Shown here: positions 50,779-64,000 of the stretch, piece by piece
How positions within the stretch are numbered: the stretch's first letter is position 1
How the letters are laid out: each line of letters begins with the position of its first letter
Source of the DNA: Octopus vulgaris
Lineage: Eukaryota
Assembly (NCBI GenBank): GCA_951406725.2
Contig: OX597821.1
Span: 50,778,001 to 50,842,000 of the forward strand
Length of the DNA: 64,000 nt
Reading direction: 5' to 3'
Notes under the pieces: model-generated
The model's input: the letters and a program-made list of their open reading frames with translations, nothing else
Told to the model about the DNA's origin: nothing
Databases searched by the model: none
Translations under genes and position numbers: made by a program

Positions 50779-52319
50779 CTGTTACGGCTATGCATAAGGG
50801 TCAGCAGGAACAAGTGTATTGAAATATTTATTATAGAAGATTATCAAAGCGTTGAGACTAGATATTTTACACATATTTAAATATAATAAATACCCATCTT
50901 CCATGAAAATTTCAAGTGAATGGAATAAATATTTCGTAAGTTATGAGGAAATAAACAAAGAATCTTCCAAACTGCAACGGCCAAAAGTTAAGGGCCACTT
51001 AGAAAAATAATGGAAAATGGAACAAGAACAAAAAAGAACCCTTACTATTAATATTTTGTGAATATCCCTTTACTATCAATGACCTCCTGACATCTGTTAC
51101 CACAGGACTGAACTAATTTCTTGCAAAATGATGGAGTAATATTGTTCCATCGTTTTTCAATAACTCCCAGAGTTGGTTCGTTGTATTTCTGCCTCGTGCT
51201 TCCAAATATCTTTTGTATAGAGTTGAGATCAAGACTTTGTGGTGGCTAGTCCATGAGATCAACCCCTTCATCACTCAAAGTACCTATAATTCTCTTCGTA
51301 GTGTGACAGGGAGCGTTGAACTGACGAGGGTAGGAGATGTAGAAGGGCATGCAGTCTAAGTATCTGTTTGTAGATTTCAGCATTGACAGCTCCCTGTAAA
51401 TGAATAAGTGGACAAGGATCAACAGCAGAAATCACTCCCCATACCATTATATTGCCTCCTCCATATTTCACTGTCTTCTTAACACATGCACGGGTTAACT
51501 TTTCGCCACTTCTTCGTCGAATGCACATCCCACCATCGGAACCAATCACATTAAGTTTCGTTTCGTCGCTCAAATGAACCGGCGACCATTGTTCTTCTGT
51601 CCAAATGACATATTCGTGAGCAAAACGAAGATGGGCTCTATGCTTCTTCTTGGAGATCAGAGGTTTCTTTGTCGGTGCCCGAGCAAGCAACCCAGAACCT
51701 CGTAACCTCCTAGAAACTGTTTTGAGCGATATGTTGACATCGAAAGTGTGGTTAAACTCGCGGGATTTCGCAGCAGCACTCTTAAACCTATCCTTCAGTG
51801 ATTTTCTAACCATAATACAATCCTGTTTTAGTGAAGTTTTACGAGGTCTACCAAGTTTTGGTTTTAGCATCTGTCGATCTTGATGACTTAGAACGAACTA
51901 CAATTCGTTGTACAACACTTCTAGACATTCTTACAGTTGTTGCTATCACAGAATTTGACTTGCCCACTTAGTGAAGGCACACAATCCTTTGTTTTTCATC
52001 ACAGGACACCGGTCGTCTCTCACGAGCCGCCATGTTGACAGATAACTGTTTCAATAATGTAAGATCATAAGAAGTAACTGTTAGCCCATTAACAGTCTTC
52101 TAAACAATAAATACCTCGGCTAGTAGTCCATTTTTTTCTAAGTAACCGTTAACCCTTGGCCGTTGCAATTTGCAACATTGTTTATTTCCTCATAACTTGA
52201 AATTTTCCCGAAGGGTAGATATTAGATATATCTAAATATGTGTAAAATATTTAGTCTCTTCTGTAATAACTATTTCAATACACTTCTTCTTACTTACCCT
52301 TATATTATGGCCGCTATTG
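50779..52319 (-). mobile_element. Tc1-family transposon with long (~200-240 bp) IR/DR-type TIRs, decayed
   Basis: TA flanks in (TACA)n; TIR similarity 50779-51015 vs 52127-52319; ORF 51271..51870 with GRPRKT, HTH, LSDETKLN, KYGGGNIMVWG. Confidence 0.93.
51040..52033 (-). pseudogene. Tc1 transposase pseudogene
   Basis: Open segment 51271..51870; flanking parts (including PPQSLDLNSI) disrupted by stops and frameshifts. Confidence 0.85.
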
Positions 52320-52611
52320 TACATACATACATACATACATACATACACACATACATACATACATACATACATACATACACACATACATACATACATACAT
52401 ACATACATACATACATACACACATACATACATACATACATACATACATACATACATACACACATACATACATACATACATACATGCATACATACACACAT
52501 ACATACATACATACATACATGCACACACACGTACATACATACATACATACATACATACATACATACATACATACATACATACATACATACATACATACAT
52601 ACACACATACA

Positions 52612-52645
<34 letters not shown>

Positions 52646-52663
52646 CATACATACATACATACA
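52320..52663. repeat. (CATA)n microsatellite
   Basis: Long tetranucleotide run. Confidence 0.97.
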
Positions 52664-52943
52664 TTAATGAACAAAAGATACACATACTCTACTCACACAA
52701 GCTATACGAACACATTGACATATGTAGATGTAAACTTTACACAACTATTTTCGGAAGTAGAGCTCATATATCAACACTTCTAGACTTATTGTCTTCTTCC
52801 TTCGCGAATATTCAACTTGTATATACACTCAAATATACATGCATACATACATATATACACATACACATACATATATTAACATGTATGTATGTATGTATGT
52901 ATGTATGTATGTATGTATGTATGTATGTATGTATGTATGTATG

Positions 52944-53010
<67 letters not shown>

Positions 53011-54029
53011 CCGAAAACCCGAAGAAAAGACGCACATGAATATAACAGTTCAAATTCTGCCGAGGTCGACGATGCCTTTTATCATTTCGGGGGTCAATGT
53101 AATTGACTAGACTCTTCCCCCAAAATTTCTGGTTTTGCACCTATAATGGAACAGGATTATTATCAGGAAACAATTTGTTTGTTAATGAATTTTCCATGCT
53201 AAATATTAATCGTAATTCACTTTTAGTTAACTCCATACAGCGTTTTGTTTTAAAAATTCAGCTTTTTTTCGTACAAGTTTTTCACATAAATTTATTATTT
53301 ATTTCGCTGAATCCAAAACAAGCTAAAAACATGGCGAAGAAATATATGAATGTTTACAATATTTTTTCTTGAATTTCTTTAAGGACAAATTTAAACCAAC
53401 TTCAATTAACATATCACGTTTACAGTTTTCGATAAAGCTTATAACATAGTTTCCTTTCTCTATTTCTAATAAAGAATAAACATCTTAATCTTGCCTGCAC
53501 TTGAACTAATATCTTTAAACATGGTGAAAGTATTCTAATCATTCTAAATAAATTAATTATTAAAACGATTCCATCATGGAAAAATACAAACATCAGATAT
53601 TAATTTACATAATTTGCCACATTTGCTTTCATTATAAACTTCTTGTTGCGGCATACATCTTAATTCTATTCTATTCCGATTGCTTATTAAACATTTTTTC
53701 AGGATGAGTCATCTTAATTACGTCTAATAGAATTTTCCTGAGAGGGTATTAAGGAAAATTTGCATCTTTATTTGACGTTCTCTCATGAATTACATAAAGG
53801 TTAAATATTTAATAGTTTATTTTATTAACAGTGCCATTGACCCATGGCTTGCCTTTGAGACTAATACTGGTACCGTTGGGGGAAAATAGGGAGGGAAGAA
53901 GATATTCTCAAACTAGGGACTATACTCGGCTGTTTGCAATTGGGTAGACCCTGTTAAAGGTACTCAACAAGCATGTTTCAACCATGTGATAGAAGTGAGT
54001 CTTCAAATCAATAGCATATACAACCCGAA

Positions 54030-54246
54030 GGCGGCAATCAGGCAGAATCGTTACCACGCCAGGCAAAATCCTTAGCGGTATTTCGTCTGTCTATACGTTC
54101 GTTCGGAGCACAAACTTCCGCCGAGATCAACTTTGCCTTGCATCCTTTCGAAGGCGATAAAATAAGAACCCGTTGAGCACTGGGGTCAATGTAATTGACT
54201 TATCCCCTTTCCCAAAATTATTGGCCTTGTACCAAAATTTGAAACC
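54030..54246 (+). mobile_element. SINE family A, full length
   Basis: GGCGGC..GGCAGAATCGTTA head, core, GGCCTTGTACCAAAATTTGAAACC tail. Confidence 0.85.
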
Positions 54247-55362
54247 AATTATATACACAGCGCGACTAGCACGACTGTTTATAGTTTCTGTGTATCGAAT
54301 TTCATCTTGAAAGTTGAGACGCCCAAGTTTATCGTGTAAAATATTTGCCTAAATTGCTGCACAGTGAAATTACATACGAAATCACGTGAACCCGCGGCAA
54401 AGTTAATAAACAACTTCCATGTTAATGACTGATACTTAATAATCTCATAAAACAAAATTAGTAACATTATGTTTGGTTGAATGGAAGGCTTAAAACGTGT
54501 GATACGGTCGCAGTAACTTCATTGTAACATTTTGAAAATATGGCGGAGGTCATCCTTCCCTAGTTTTAAACACGGTCGATTTCTTTATCGACCATGAAAG
54601 GATGAAAGATGTAGTTAACCCCAATGAGATTGGGATCAGCATATAGAGCCTCAAAGAATACCGCGAGGCATTCTATCCTCCGTTCTCATAACTCTACCAC
54701 CTCACAAGCTCAGTGTATAACGATTATATGTAAGTATGGACAAACACTTACATATATCTACAAAGTATTTTTTCATTTATGTGATAAAAATTACATTTTG
54801 CTAACATAAAAGTTTGAACAACGAAGGATGTTAACATAATTTTGGTATTGCTTTCTTTTGAGTGATATCATAAGCTCTATATTGCCATTATTAAATGCCC
54901 TGCAGAATTATGATCATACGCATTCCAACTATGCCCATCCTGTCTTTTTTGGCTCAGCTATATAATATCTAGGACTGAATTATCCAGTATCTTGTTCGAG
55001 GCAGAGTGTGATGTGAGGAAGATGTGGTTGCTATTTTAATAGATAGCATAACGTGTCACAAGCTTCATCGTCGACTCAAATACTTTATACTTCTTTAAAA
55101 TGCAAGGACCTATAGAGAACGAACTTTCTATGTAGTTGACTTAGAATCACAACCCTCTGGTATAGACAGCATAAGTAGCAGTGATAAGCTAGGATTGCTT
55201 CAATACCAAAATTTCAATATTTGCAAATTTATTCTGTGTATAGTAAAAGACAATTAGTAATTTAATCATTTGTTCATTAAATGACTCCAGCTTAGCAAAA
55301 TGTGGAAGCTGTATCGTCTCAATAGCAACATTCTGATTCCATTCAGCTTTTATAATATAGTG

Positions 55363-55428
<66 letters not shown>

Positions 55429-55431
55429 CTA

Positions 55432-55472
<41 letters not shown>

Positions 55473-55882
55473 TTCTTTCTTTCTTTCTCTTTCTTCCTTT
55501 ACTCCATTCTTCTATCAATATATCTTTCTGTCTGTCTTTCTTTATTCCTCTGTTTCGTGTCATGTAAGATCGTCTGTTAATTAAGAGACATTATTCAAAT
55601 GCTCGTATATCTAACCTGACTTTTCGAAATCATCCAATAAAAGGGTATTATTTCTATTAAAAGGTTCATTTTAGCATGCAGTAGTTGACATTATAAAACT
55701 ATGGAGTTCGTACTAATACCACATGCCTTTGCAATTCCAACTGCATTGTAGTCAATGCATTGTAGTCAATGCAGTGATGGACGAATTATTGCGAATGTTT
55801 CATTTAAAATGGGTGAACAATGAAAACTCAATACCTTCTTTTCAACGTACATATATATATATATATATACATTTATATACAC

Positions 55883-55934
<52 letters not shown>

Positions 55935-56267
55935 ATACACGTATATACATATATATATATATTTACGCATACATAAATACATAAATACATACACTCACAC
56001 ATACATACATGCATACATACATATATAAATATATACGTCACGAAGAACGGACCAAAAGTCACGACGGTGTTTCAATACTCAATAAACTCTTAATTTTGCT
56101 TGCAAATTATGATACCCTAGTAACGGATACAAGATTTAAATTTTGGAAATTGACGTAAGGTAGGTGGGTAAAATCACATATAAATTAAAAAAAATAATAA
56201 TTAAAAAATATCTAATTAAAATTTCATACCTTTCCGCAACTTTTGGCCCACCCTGTGTGTCTTTATA

Positions 56268-56397
56268 TTGTACTTATTTTATCGACTTGAAAAGCAAAGT
56301 CAACCTCCTCAGAATCTGAGTTCAGACTGTCAAAACGGATGAAATACCGCGAAGCATTTCGTCCGGTGTGCTAACGATCCTGCCAGCTCACCACCTG
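56268..56397 (-). mobile_element. SINE family A, partial
   Basis: CCGGTGTGCTAACGATCCTGCCAGCTCACCACC. Confidence 0.75.
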
Positions 56398-58451
56398 GGA
56401 TTAAACCCTAATATGCTAATGTGAAATTATATTAGAATTAGAATAAATCTTATAGTAATCATTTAAAAGTTTCATGGGGGATAGCAAACATTAAGGTTAT
56501 AAGTTTTTGAGTGCAGATGTGAGTAAATATTCTAGTTGTTGTTGTTGGTGTTTTTGTTGTTTTGCTCCAATTTATGCTGATGGAGCACACCTGCAACAAA
56601 AGGTCATTATCTCCAACTTCTGTCATTTTAAGACAAATGGATGTGAGCTGTGATTTCTCTATTTCCTCCTAGATATGCATTCAAATAAGGGTTTCCTTGA
56701 TGGTTTGTGTTTTTGTAAGTAGTTATTTAAACCAGCGTAAGTAGTTATTTAAACCTAATTCATAAGGCCCAAGACTTATGAATTAAACAGGATTGATAGA
56801 AATTCTGTGATACATATCTGAGTAGATGTACCTGTATTTGGTAGTGATTGTTTGACGTCACTTGATTTAATAGCACCACTTATCTTTTGCAAGCCTTTCG
56901 CAGTTTTTATACTCTGTTACAGATATTTTGACCTTTCCTACTTTTCCTTGATGCCATTTGTGGCAACCCTTGTCAGAGCGGGCCAAGACACTTAAACTAG
57001 TGAAATGTTTGTTAGCACGTTACTAATGACTGTTTTGGGCGACTTTATAATACATTACATTAATGGGTAGCATTACCATCACTGTTGGGTGCAGAATGGT
57101 TGAATAATGAAGTTCGCTTCGCACAGATCCCACTGCATGTCTTCTTGGGTAAAAGACTTTGACGATAGCCTCGGGTCGACCCAAATCTTTTGAGTGAAAC
57201 TGAGTATATGGAAACTTAATGGAAGTCTGTGGCATGAAAGGTACTTGTAATTCAAAGGTATAGCCATGTCATACATCGTGTCACATCATTACAAGCATCC
57301 GTAGAGGAATACTAAATAGCTTATACATTTGCTTGAACAACTGAATATTCATCGTCGAAAACGACGGAAATCCCTTTATGTTTTATCGCCAATGGAATAT
57401 AGAAAGTCTTTTTAGGATTATTACTTATCTGATTGATAAAGAACCAAAGCGATATCTCCCTCCGTTTTATTGAGAGAAAAAACAACAACTTATAAACGAC
57501 ACATTAAGACCCCCACCCCCAAATACGCCAGATTTTAATTTAAGAAATATCTTATTTATACACATCCATAAGATCGTTATTTTTATTGCTTGACATTGTT
57601 TTTTGCCTGTTTTTCTTCAGATATATTTTATGATATTTACTCAGGAAACACGATATAAGGTTAAAATAGAATACTTATAGAAAGACACGCATACAGATAA
57701 ATACACACTTTAAACAATGATACATAACGATAAACACATACATAAAAATACATATCGCACAAACAAACCTATTTTCGTCTTTTTCTTTTATCTTCATCTT
57801 TCCTACTTAAATCTTTTATTATTTCGCTTTGCGCTTTTTTCTTCTGTTCCACAAATAAGATAATAAAGTGTTTCAAATGTTCAGTGGTCGATGAATGAGA
57901 GAGACGAAAAGTGCAGCTGGCTCTAGTGGGGCGGAATAAAGAGGAAGAAACTGATAGCAACGCTTTGATTAAAATCAATTAATTGTTTTGGAACGCTCGA
58001 TTCTAAAAACGATAATAGCAGTTCTAGTAATGGCCATTATTGATATCGAGGCTATTTATGAAAAATATCCTTCAACAATCGTTAGTCCCTTTATTCTTCA
58101 GCAATAGCCAATCCCTTTATTTAGATAAACCTCCCATCATTCAACAATTCTTGTTCCCTTTATAAAAACAAAATCGCTCCCAATCGTTCCTCTATTCATA
58201 AAACCTCCATTCTTAAATAATTGTTCCCTTTAGTTATATAATCCATAACATCATACAACAATTGTTTCTCCTTTACTTTCTGATAAAGTTATTGTAAGAA
58301 TATTATTGTCCTTATCAACATCCGTAGCAAGTTGTTATTGTTGTTATCGTTGCGCTGTTGTTTAGTCCTAAGTTATCCCTGAATAAGCGTACATTTGATA
58401 AAAAATTAATCGATCCATGACTACTTTTAAAAATACGTAAGACTATATTGT

Positions 58452-58680
58452 GGGCGAGCTGGTAGAAACGTTAGCACGCCGGGTGAAATTCTTAGCCGTA
58501 TTTCGTCTGTCGTTACGTTCCGAGTTCAAATTCCGCCGAGGTCGACTTTGCCTTTCATCCTTTCGGGGTCGATAAATTAAGTACCAATTACGCACTGGGG
58601 TCGATGTAGTCGACTTAATCCCTTTGTCTGTCCTTGTTTGTCTCCTCTATGTTTAGCCCCTTGTGGGTAGTAAAGAAATA
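58452..58680 (+). mobile_element. SINE family A, full length and young
   Basis: Near-identical to 25452-25680. Confidence 0.93.
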
Positions 58681-60392
58681 TATATTGTTAATTTTGGCTT
58701 TCGTTGTTTCTTCATTCTTATTTCATTCCTATTGTTGTAATTTAACATCAGTTATCTGATCAAAAACATTCCCCAACGTGACAATCTTGACTTTTTTAGA
58801 CATAGCATATATTGCGACTATGAAAGCAAGTACGTATTCCCCTAGTTAAAACGAGAGCGTAAAAATTTAAAGGTATTGTGTCTGCGTTTTGTTTTATATT
58901 TCATGTTTTTTCTTTTGTGATGGATCCATATATATTGTTGGTGCTACTTTATATTGATGATTTTATTGCCATCACTTTTGATATTTTTCGTGGTGCTTTA
59001 TATTTAGCTATTGTGTGGTGATATGATCCATGAACTGTGTATGTAAATTGTGATAAATCCTTAGGATCTTCTCTAGTCAACCAATGGGGAAGCCTATGCT
59101 CGACTTAGTATAAATAACATGTAAAGCTCCCACAAACTTCACTCTGCCAGTTTAAAATCGGACAGATTGTACGCCTGGCTATCTATTAGCGTGGACAATC
59201 AGGGCGAGTCTGAGGCTAAAGAAGAGGAAAGAAGGGTAAGAAGAGCAAAGAAGAGGAGGGGAAAGAGAAGGGGAGTAGAAGAATAAGAAGGAATAAGAAG
59301 AGGAAAGAAGAGGAGGAGAAGGAAGAAGATGAAGGAGAACAACACCAACAACAATAACAACTACAGCTACAGCTACAACTCTGGGTCAGTTCACCAATTT
59401 TATGGTAATTTATTCTTCGATAAATCCTGGCTGACTTTCTCAAACACAGTTGATCGCTGAGTAGCATTCAAGAACGTAATATATCGGTCACACACAACAA
59501 GAAAAACTCTCATTTGCTTTGTCTTTCTGTTGATATTCCTCCTGGGAAAATTCTATCATTCCGGTTGAATCCTATTATCAAAATGGTTTGTTCCACCACA
59601 ACATAGCTAAAAAAAGATTACACGAAGTTCTGATAACTGGCCGATTTTGAACATTTTAAGAAGGAGCATTAATAAATATGACAAGTGCAATTCATGTAAG
59701 AATACTTATTATAGAACAGACATTAGGCAGGAGAAAGTGAAGAAGAGAAAAACAAAATTAAAAAAAATTAAGCAAAATATAGTGGATCTGAACAATATTT
59801 ACCGTTTGCATAATTAGTTGTAATATTGAAATTGTAGTAATATATACCTATAAATATTGCAGAAATAAGACTTATGTCTCCTGTTTTCGACCAGTCGGAT
59901 GTTTCACTTAAAGGTTCATAGCATGGGTTTAAGCAACATCCGTGTGCTCCACACTGTAGTGTACTGCACTTACATTACTATAGTTTCACTGGCTTATTGT
60001 AGAAAGATTATTTAAGTCGTTGGATTTCGCCTCAATTTCGTCGATTATTGCTATTCATGAATATTCACACATAAGCAGACACATGTACATGCAATGTGTA
60101 AACTAAAGCTAGAAACATAATGGATTGTGATAAAAATATAAAAACCTTTTGGAGAAAACAGGTATATTTAAAAGAACGTACATATATATATGTTAAGGCT
60201 ACCATTAGTTTCATGTTAAGAAAAGTTGGAAAATATCCTAGTGTCTTAATCATTTTTCAAGCCGATCACATGAAGATGGGCTTGACAAATTGTTAATACA
60301 CTAGGACATTTTCCTACATTTCTTAACATGCAACCAATGGTAGCCTTAATTCACAAATAAAGAAGTACTATCCACCATTTTCATCGTTCAAC

Positions 60393-60451
<59 letters not shown>

Positions 60452-60479
60452 CATACGCACACATACATGATAATTGCTT

Positions 60480-61385
60480 CATCTTGATAGATGATAGCCA
60501 TCCCATCAACACACACGCCACACCTCATCATAGAGCACAATCATTCCGTTGATGAGCCCTTAGATGACTTGTAAGACCAGCTGCTGACTGGCAGGCTTTA
60601 AAACACAAGTGACATATATTATTCAAGTTTCATCTATATTTTTGCCTTTTGGAATCTGATTCTGAAAGAATGTTTTGTTTATTACAGTTCCAATTGTTCC
60701 TTTGCGAGACCCTTTTAAGCTCAGAGTGCTGAATCACCTTTCCTCCCAGGCATTGCAACCAGTCTTAACAGCACCTCTCCACTTGTTCCGATCTATAACA
60801 TCATTTTTCCCAATCACTTTTGTTCATACCTAGTTTTTCCATATTTTCCCTGACACAATCTTTATACCTTTTCCTCGGCTTGCGTTGTGGTCGCTTACTA
60901 GAGTTGAGCTCACCATAAAAAAGACACTTTGGCAAACGCTCCTCTTTCATTCTAATAACATGTCCAGTCTATTTCATTTGAGCCAAGATAACACGTTGTT
61001 TAACTGAGCTGTAACGTGCCATGCACAAGACTTCTGTATCTGGTATGAAACATTCCTACTTGACTCCTAAGATATGTCCGAGGCACTTTTGCTGAAATCT
61101 CTCCAGCAAGTTTACATGACACTTGTAAGTGGTTCATTTATCTGGAATAGACAATACACACGCTTTATAGACACTGATTTTTGTCTGCAGGGAAATACTT
61201 CTATCCGTCCACACCCGCTTTTTGAGCTTACCAAATACAACACTTCCCTTCCATATGCATTAGTATATTTCTGCATCAAAACCACCAACTCTTGACGGTG
61301 TGCTTCCAAGGTAAACAAAGGTGTTATCGACTTCTGTCTTTGTTCCATTCACAAAAATATTTGGTTCAGAATATGTTTGTCCTGG
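60480..61385 (-). mobile_element. RTE-clade LINE 3' portion, decayed
   Basis: Minus strand FVYLGST, ISLQTKISVYKACI, GHVIRMKEERLPKCLFYGEL..KRPQRKPRKRYKD. Confidence 0.88.
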
Positions 61386-62421
61386 CACGGACGTACGTAC
61401 GTACGTACTTGCATACATACATACATACATACATACATACATACATACATACATACATACATACATACATACATACATACATACATACATAATCATGTGT
61501 ATATACACATAACCTAGCAATGCATCGCGCGGATTGACGGCATTTCGAAGGCCTATAGTTTATGACATTTGAATATTTCAAAGAAAGATACTACTTTTTA
61601 TTTCTTTATTCAACTCTTTACAATCTTTGACCCCCAGTGATTTGATCAGACGTCATTAGCTTCATATATCTGGGAACTGAAAGATAATTTTCTAGCCTTA
61701 AGTGTTTAATTATATTTTTAAATCTTTACTTACACAACAATTTTCTTCTTGTCACTAATGAACACTAACTCCCCCATTACACATTATACATCCCAATATA
61801 TTTAATAGTAATACCATAAAATCTAGCTACGATTGTTTAAATAATACAGGTCTTCAAATCTTCCTTCATTACTCTAAATCCTAGCAATATCGTATTACAC
61901 TATCCTGCACCTCCTGAATGCTATTGAAAAAATAACAAAACTAGGAAATTTAGAATTGTGTGGTACATTTAACAACAACAAAAAAAACCCCTCATAAATA
62001 GAGGAAATTATTGTAGGTTTTTTTAAAAATAAAGGGTCCAACTGAAAATATGTTCGGAACTGATACATTTTGTCTTTCCAACTTTTAGATTTTGATAAAA
62101 CTTATCCACGAACTAACAACTTTACTAATTTTTCCATGTTTCAAAAGTTGTCTATATTTATGCCTGGAGACATAACCTTATATAAATACACGAAGATAAT
62201 TTATTTATTCTCAGATAAGCCATAAATTCTTTTAAAATATTAGATTTTGCTGTCACCTACATCACACCTACACTACTTGACACATATTCTTGTACTATCG
62301 TCACGTACAGACATAATAAGAATTTGAAGTGATTTCTATCTAACTCTAATTCTCCTATAATTTAATTTTTGATACACGCACCTACACTCACACTCACATA
62401 TATACATGTCCTTGTGGATAC

Positions 62422-62485
<64 letters not shown>

Positions 62486-62500
62486 ATGTATGTAATAATG

Positions 62501-62570
<70 letters not shown>

Positions 62571-62571
<1 letters not shown>

Positions 62572-63124
62572 CCCTGATGCAGTACCAGGCAGTGGCTCTC
62601 ATGGCTTCTGATCTTAACTGATTGGAAGTGTTATCATGTACATTGTTTTGTCTTGGTATAAAAGATGGGCTACAGCAAATATTCTGCTCAATACCACAGA
62701 TTTGCTTGTCAGTTGTTTGACCTTAACCAGTTGAGCATGTCCCCTAGTGGCTGACGATATGTGCATCTCTGATCACGAGCAGAAGTAGTGGGGGAGCATC
62801 ATAGCCATGTGTTGAGAAGGATTCTTTGGGGTTTGAATAATTCACCTCTGGAAACATGGGTGTTTCGTTCAACGTCCTTAAACAACCCTTATTCAGGGAC
62901 CTTTTGAGCGGGATGGGTTACTCGATCTGAAGAAAATTCTAACTGGGCTCCACCTGCAAGGTCATGTGCTGTTTATCTTGATATGAGATCACCATGTCGC
63001 GCACATATGGTTGTGATGCATGTGCCTGGTGTACCCTTATCAGACGGGTAGTCATGATGGATATACTGGGCTTCGTATATTTTACCCCAGTGTCACTTTG
63101 ATGGCATGCTCTGCTCGCTCACTC
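62571..63124 (+). mobile_element. TAA-targeting non-coding retroposon, longest copy (possible long 3' UTR of an R4/Dong family)
   Basis: (TAA)n on both sides; four copies in the window, three with a common 3' end. Confidence 0.85.
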
Positions 63125-63169
63125 AATAATAATAATAATAATAATCATAATAATATTGCTGTTTGATGG

Positions 63170-63350
63170 CACATTACTGTTATTGCGGATATCAGGTCTG
63201 GGTATCACCACGGCCTCATAGATGACCCCTTCGGCCTCGCATCGGTCTCCTACTGGATGCATACGATTGAATATATTCACTGCTATGTTACTCTGGTGTT
63301 GTACGCATTTTTGAGGGCATTCTGGGGTGAATCCATGATATATAAACATG
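63170..63350 (-). mobile_element. Penelope-like element, fragment at the start of the GIY-YIG endonuclease region
   Basis: HPVGDRCEAEGVIYEAVV resembles the PLE CP.xG.C...VIY.A.V motif. Confidence 0.6.
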
Positions 63351-63426
63351 GAACTGAGTGTGTATGTGTTTTACTTTGTGTTTTCGGTACGTATTACAGT
63401 TTTATGTTTATGCATTTAATTAGCGA

Positions 63427-63520
63427 TCTTACTCATGAGCTACGGATGATTAAATAGTCAATTAATTCTCTTATTAGTTGATTTATTTGGTCAGTAATAG
63501 CAAAACTTGTATGTAAAAGG
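63427..63520 (+). ncRNA. Decayed type I hammerhead with long stem II
   Basis: CUcAUGA GCUA [long hairpin] UAGC aAAAC UU GUA; two core substitutions. Confidence 0.45.
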
Positions 63521-64000
63521 TTTACTATATTTTCTCTTCGTGTATGTTTCATACATTATTATATTTAAAGAAATTTATGTCTTTTGACTCTTATAACGCG
63601 TACTAGCCACTGGTAAATAATTATTTAACAAGTTTTACCTTTATAACCACACACACACACACATACACACATACACACCCATACACACGTTTATATGCAT
63701 TTACAACTTTGTTTCCATTGAAAATGGCTTCACTTTCACTGTATATAATTTAAGAAATATGGCCGTAGCACTAATTATCATTCGAGGTTCGTGATGTGAA
63801 CATTTACATTTCCCCCTATGATTGATGAACGAAAGACAATAAGTGCTGTGTTATTAGTTTATGCAAATGTAACAAAATAGGAAATGTAATTGTCACACTT
63901 AGATACCTGTCCAATAATAATAATAGTCATTGTTACGCCGAAATTCTTGTTTCTTAGTTTAAAACGATATGAATAAAATAGAACACTTTTAACGCAATAA

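Noticed and set aside
58060-58280. Degenerate minisatellite (CAACAAT..TCCCTTTAT)
   Set aside because: Irregular, decayed tandem repeat with no further signal.

Overview
AT-rich eukaryotic non-coding DNA, dense in microsatellites ((TA)n, (TATC)n, (TATG)n, (TAA)n, (CA)n). The repeat content suggests an octopus or other cephalopod genome; this is inferred from SINE sequences as I recall them, not from a search. I found no convincing host protein-coding exon, and most ORFs in the track are translated microsatellites. Real coding remnants all belong to mobile elements: Tc1/mariner transposases, R4/Dong LINEs in (TAA)n, CR1- and RTE-type LINE fragments, and a Penelope GIY-YIG fragment. There is also a non-autonomous Helitron, MITEs, possible solo LTRs and dozens of tRNA-derived SINEs of at least four families. 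The most interesting signal is a set of type I hammerhead ribozyme (HHR) motifs with palindromic stem III loops. One has a compensated U3-A8 core and lies in a 359-bp tandem, retrozyme-like unit. A divergent family shares its downstream multi-hairpin region, and a GCGU(C)...UAA(C/U)AC motif recurs in several HHR-associated repeats. Several fold-back inversions are centred on the HHR core. Boundaries of decayed repeats are approximate.
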